Positions 61,001-64,000 of a DNA stretch of 64,000 nucleotides are shown here, in pieces. Source of the stretch: Marsupella aquatica (taxonomy: Eukaryota; Plantae; Marchantiophyta); the NCBI GenBank assembly GCA_973895155.1, contig OZ316895.1, forward strand, positions 11,180,758 to 11,244,757, given 5' to 3'. The position numbers and the translations under genes were made by a program. The first letter of the stretch is position 1. Every line of letters starts with the position of its first letter. Under the pieces are notes generated by a model. That model was not told the DNA's origin and did no database searches. It was given only the letters and a program-made list of their open reading frames with translations.

Positions 61001-62683
61001 CTCTGCATGCCTGGTTGCTGCATCGGCAAGTCTTCCTTCCTGGGCCTAAACACCTGCTCGATCGTAGGACTAACAGGTGGTTGAGGCTTCTCAGCCAACG
61101 GCCTCGGCGTTGGAGCTTCCTCGGGTGCCCTTACCTGCAGGGGAAGTACCGGGGCAAAAGTCTGACCTCTGGCATACCGGCACAACAGCGGCATGTGATA
61201 GCCAAGCCGCGACACGCTCCCCATGCCGATTACCTGCTGCTCCTCCTTTAAGATCTTCTTCAATTGGTTGAGGAGGTACCCGTTGTAGTCCCGGCTTGGG
61301 TCTGGCCTTTCTGCCAGATAGACCTGTGCCTTGCCGATCTCTGCCCTCGGCAAGTTACAATGCATGGTCACCCGCAAGAAGTCGATCATCTCTCCTATGT
61401 GCGGGTTGGTGCAGGTGTTCCGGAAGAAGCCATTCTTCGTTGATGGCCCGGGGAACGACCGGAACTCCTTGTCAGGCAAGGTCTTCCTGGTATCAACTTT
61501 GGTCTTATTGCCTATCGGCAAGCCAAACACTTCGGCAATTACCTTGGGAGTAAGATAGAAATCCTTCCCATATATCCTCGTGCAATTGGTCTCGGGTTCC
61601 CATGACCCCACGAATTCTAATAGGTCTGACTCCGGTACCTCCGGCTTCAGCCATGGTAATCTTACAAAGGCCTCTAAGCCGGATCCGGCCATGAAGCCTT
61701 GGTACTTCTTGGTCTGCATGGCCGTAAAGCATGCATCCTCCTCCCGTGCAAAATGTAGTTGCACCTCCACCGGTAGGGTTGCCGCCCAGCCCTTCCAGGT
61801 GTCATCCCTGGTTGGAATGGCCTTGATGGGATCGACCTCCTCCTCTTCGGCTTCTCCCTGCCTCCTGCTCTGCTGCTCGGCTGGCCTCTTTGGTGCCGCC
61901 GACCTCGTTCTTTTTGCCGGGGTGGCTTCATCGTTGACGGCCCCCTTCCTCTTCATCTCTGCTGCCGTGGAGGTTTCTCCTAGCACCGTTGCCTGGGTCC
62001 ACCTTTCCGTGCTACCCTTTAATTCCCAGTGTATGTCGTTGCAGTTCTTGATGGCCTCTCGGATGCCGACGACGCTGTCTTTGCAAAACAGAAGATCGTT
62101 GAGTTGATTGGAAGTAGGCGTCCACAGGAACTCGTCCTTGATGAGTTTGCCTCCTAAGAAAGCCGTCTTCTGCAGCTCCCACAATCGAGCGAGCTCCTGC
62201 CGTTCTCGAGCTGCCCTTTCTGACTCCTCGTCCTTGTAAGTCTTGATGTACTCAGTTGCCCGTTCGAACAGGCATCCCCAGAAATGTGCCGCTTGATTGA
62301 CGTTGCTCATACCCTCCTTAGGTCGATCGTCGGTATCTATTCTCTCCCCGAGTGTTTGCCTAAGCAGCTGACAGTAGTTGGCCTCCCGTAGTCGTCTGCC
62401 TAGTTTGTGCTCGCAAATGAGCCACCATCTCTTGCAAGCGCTCCTTACCCCTCTCCTCTGCCGGTCCTTCTTCCCGTTGATCCTTCCTAGCCGCCGACGC
62501 TTAACGCGCCCTAACCCTAATCGGGTTTTCACCCTCAGCCTTACCTCCGGCCTCTGCCCGGGTTCCATGGTTGCCCCTAATTGTTTATATTTTCCTTGTT
62601 TTGTCCCTATACTAAGGTGTTCCTAGGGTGCCTTCCTGCTTTACCCACTTAACCGGCCGAGTGATTCCTGTCTAGGCATCACA
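58048..62683 (-). mobile_element. Solo LTR (4636 bp) of the same gypsy family
   Basis: TG..CA ends, TSD AGGAG (58043-58047, 62684-62688), no adjacent PBS or PPT. The TnpD frame resumes on the far side. Confidence 0.97.
58969..62568 (-). pseudogene. LTR-encoded ORF, solo-LTR copy, three CAG>TAG stops
   Basis: Stops at 60064, ~60031 and 59788, otherwise colinear with the other two copies. Confidence 0.85.
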
Positions 62684-64000
62684 AGGAGATAACTTTGAAT
62701 TGGTCTGAAATGATGGCCATGCATCATTATATATTGGAGAATGAAGAGACAGTGGCTCCATGGTATAGGTATGTAAACCCTGTACCATATGCATCATAAT
62801 TATGCTGCCCCATTGTGTTTGTATATTCATGGTGGATCGTGCACTAATGTCTTGAGTGTTGTTGTTGCCATGTAGGATATATGATGCTACCAATGAGACT
62901 GTTACCAAACGAAGAGTGGATTTCCGGAAGGAATGGATGAGGAAGCCTGCCAATCGAAGAAAACCAGTGGAATTTCCCCTTGACTGCCAAGAACTGCCAC
63001 CTTTTAGGGAATGGTTTCAAACATTAGTCAATACCCATAATTTTGAGACAGAGTCTGAGCGGTCATTACTATCTGCATACTCCACACCACCTAGTTTGAA
63101 GGCACGACTGTATAGGGCATGCAGAGCCTATGGGCATCACTGGAGGACTATTCCATCCTTGGGGTGTTTGAGTGATTGTGATTCTGGTGCATTCAGCACT
63201 TTTGATTCTGGGATGGCTTCGACATTCACTGAGAAGCGGGTGGACAGGTCTGGCGCAACTAGAGAAGAATCTGTACAGTATGTAGGGGCCTTGACAGATA
63301 TCTTAGTACTGAATTACGGCAGCTTGAGGAAAGAGGTGATTCTTTTCAAAGGGAAATGGGCAGATCCATCATGGACTCCTAAATCCTCTGCCAGTATGAG
63401 GTATTCTGAGTCTGGTCTTTGGCAGGTGAATTTCCATAGAGAACTGGGTGTGTCCAAGAAAATGGATTACGTTTTCCCAAAGCAAGTGGAGCAGGTTTTC
63501 TTCCACCCCAATGAGAAGGGGATAGCATGGAGAACAATCCTCCACAAAGAATCCAGGTCCACAAGGGTGTTAGGTGATTACACAGATGTTGATTTCCATG
63601 CTACAATGGAAAACAATGCCAAATTACACATTGAATTGGCTAAAGCCTGTAGGACTAGAGCAAATCCAGGACCAAGTACTGGTCCCAAACGAGGCAGAGA
63701 TGCAGAGGGATCTGCAAGAAAGGGTAGGCCTAAGCAGTGAATAGGTTTTAGGTGTGTGAAGTCCATAGATGGACTACATGTATGGACTATATATGAAATC
63801 AGACTAATGTTTTGCCCATTTGTGCAGTTGGTGAATGCAGCCTGTGAAAGGAAGATTGCAGGGGTTGTCACATCCTGTGAATGCTTATGAGGAGGCCCGA
63901 AAGCGGAACATAGAGCATAATGTCAGCATTATGCATGATCTAGGACTGGGGCCAGACTGCATGCTGATGTGTGTGTTAAAATGTCTGTTGCAAATTTGAT

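Larger units (their letters stand above)
55223..63740 (+). pseudogene. CACTA/En-Spm TnpD-like transposase, spliced and interrupted by a solo LTR
   Basis: MYCPCVNC, YFPIIPRLKRLY, RHAADSKAWKH, EPRNVRFGLALDGVNPF, LRAVLLWTINDYPAYG, LDPMHCEKN, GLKSHDFH, RWMYPIERNLK, then MHHYILEN and YVFPKQVEQVFF after the LTR. Introns ~57083-57216 and ~62769-62875. Confidence 0.93.

Noticed and set aside
30193-62683. Three 4.6-kb copies as an assembly error or segmental duplication
   Set aside because: Each has precise TG..CA ends, distinct 5-bp TSDs, correct PBS/PPT placement and private substitutions.

Overview
Eukaryotic, intron-containing, almost entirely transposon-derived DNA, probably heterochromatin of a non-seed land plant (inferred from the element types and the many CG/CHG C>T stops). 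No intact host gene, RNA gene or CRISPR array is evident. From left to right: (1) decayed ParB-like/DNA amino-methyltransferase-like and FCP1-like ORFs ending at a possible CACTA terminus; (2) a Ty3/gypsy gag remnant carrying a MITE; (3) a Plavaka transposase pseudogene; (4) a complete 10-kb DNA transposon (11710-21739) with an 8-bp TSD, bipartite TIRs, a P-element-like transposase and BRCT and PHD cargo genes; (5) a 5'-truncated L1 inside a second methyltransferase-like gene; (6) a ~578-bp tandem array split by a 15.5-kb Ty3/gypsy element (30193-45735); (7) a CACTA TnpD gene with a PHD gene upstream, interrupted by a solo LTR of the same gypsy family. The gypsy element is the most unusual: each 4.6-kb LTR contains a whole ~1200-aa ORF, and there is a candidate -1 frameshift pseudoknot between protease and RT plus a central PPT copy. 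Protein family calls are by-eye motif recognition, not database searches.
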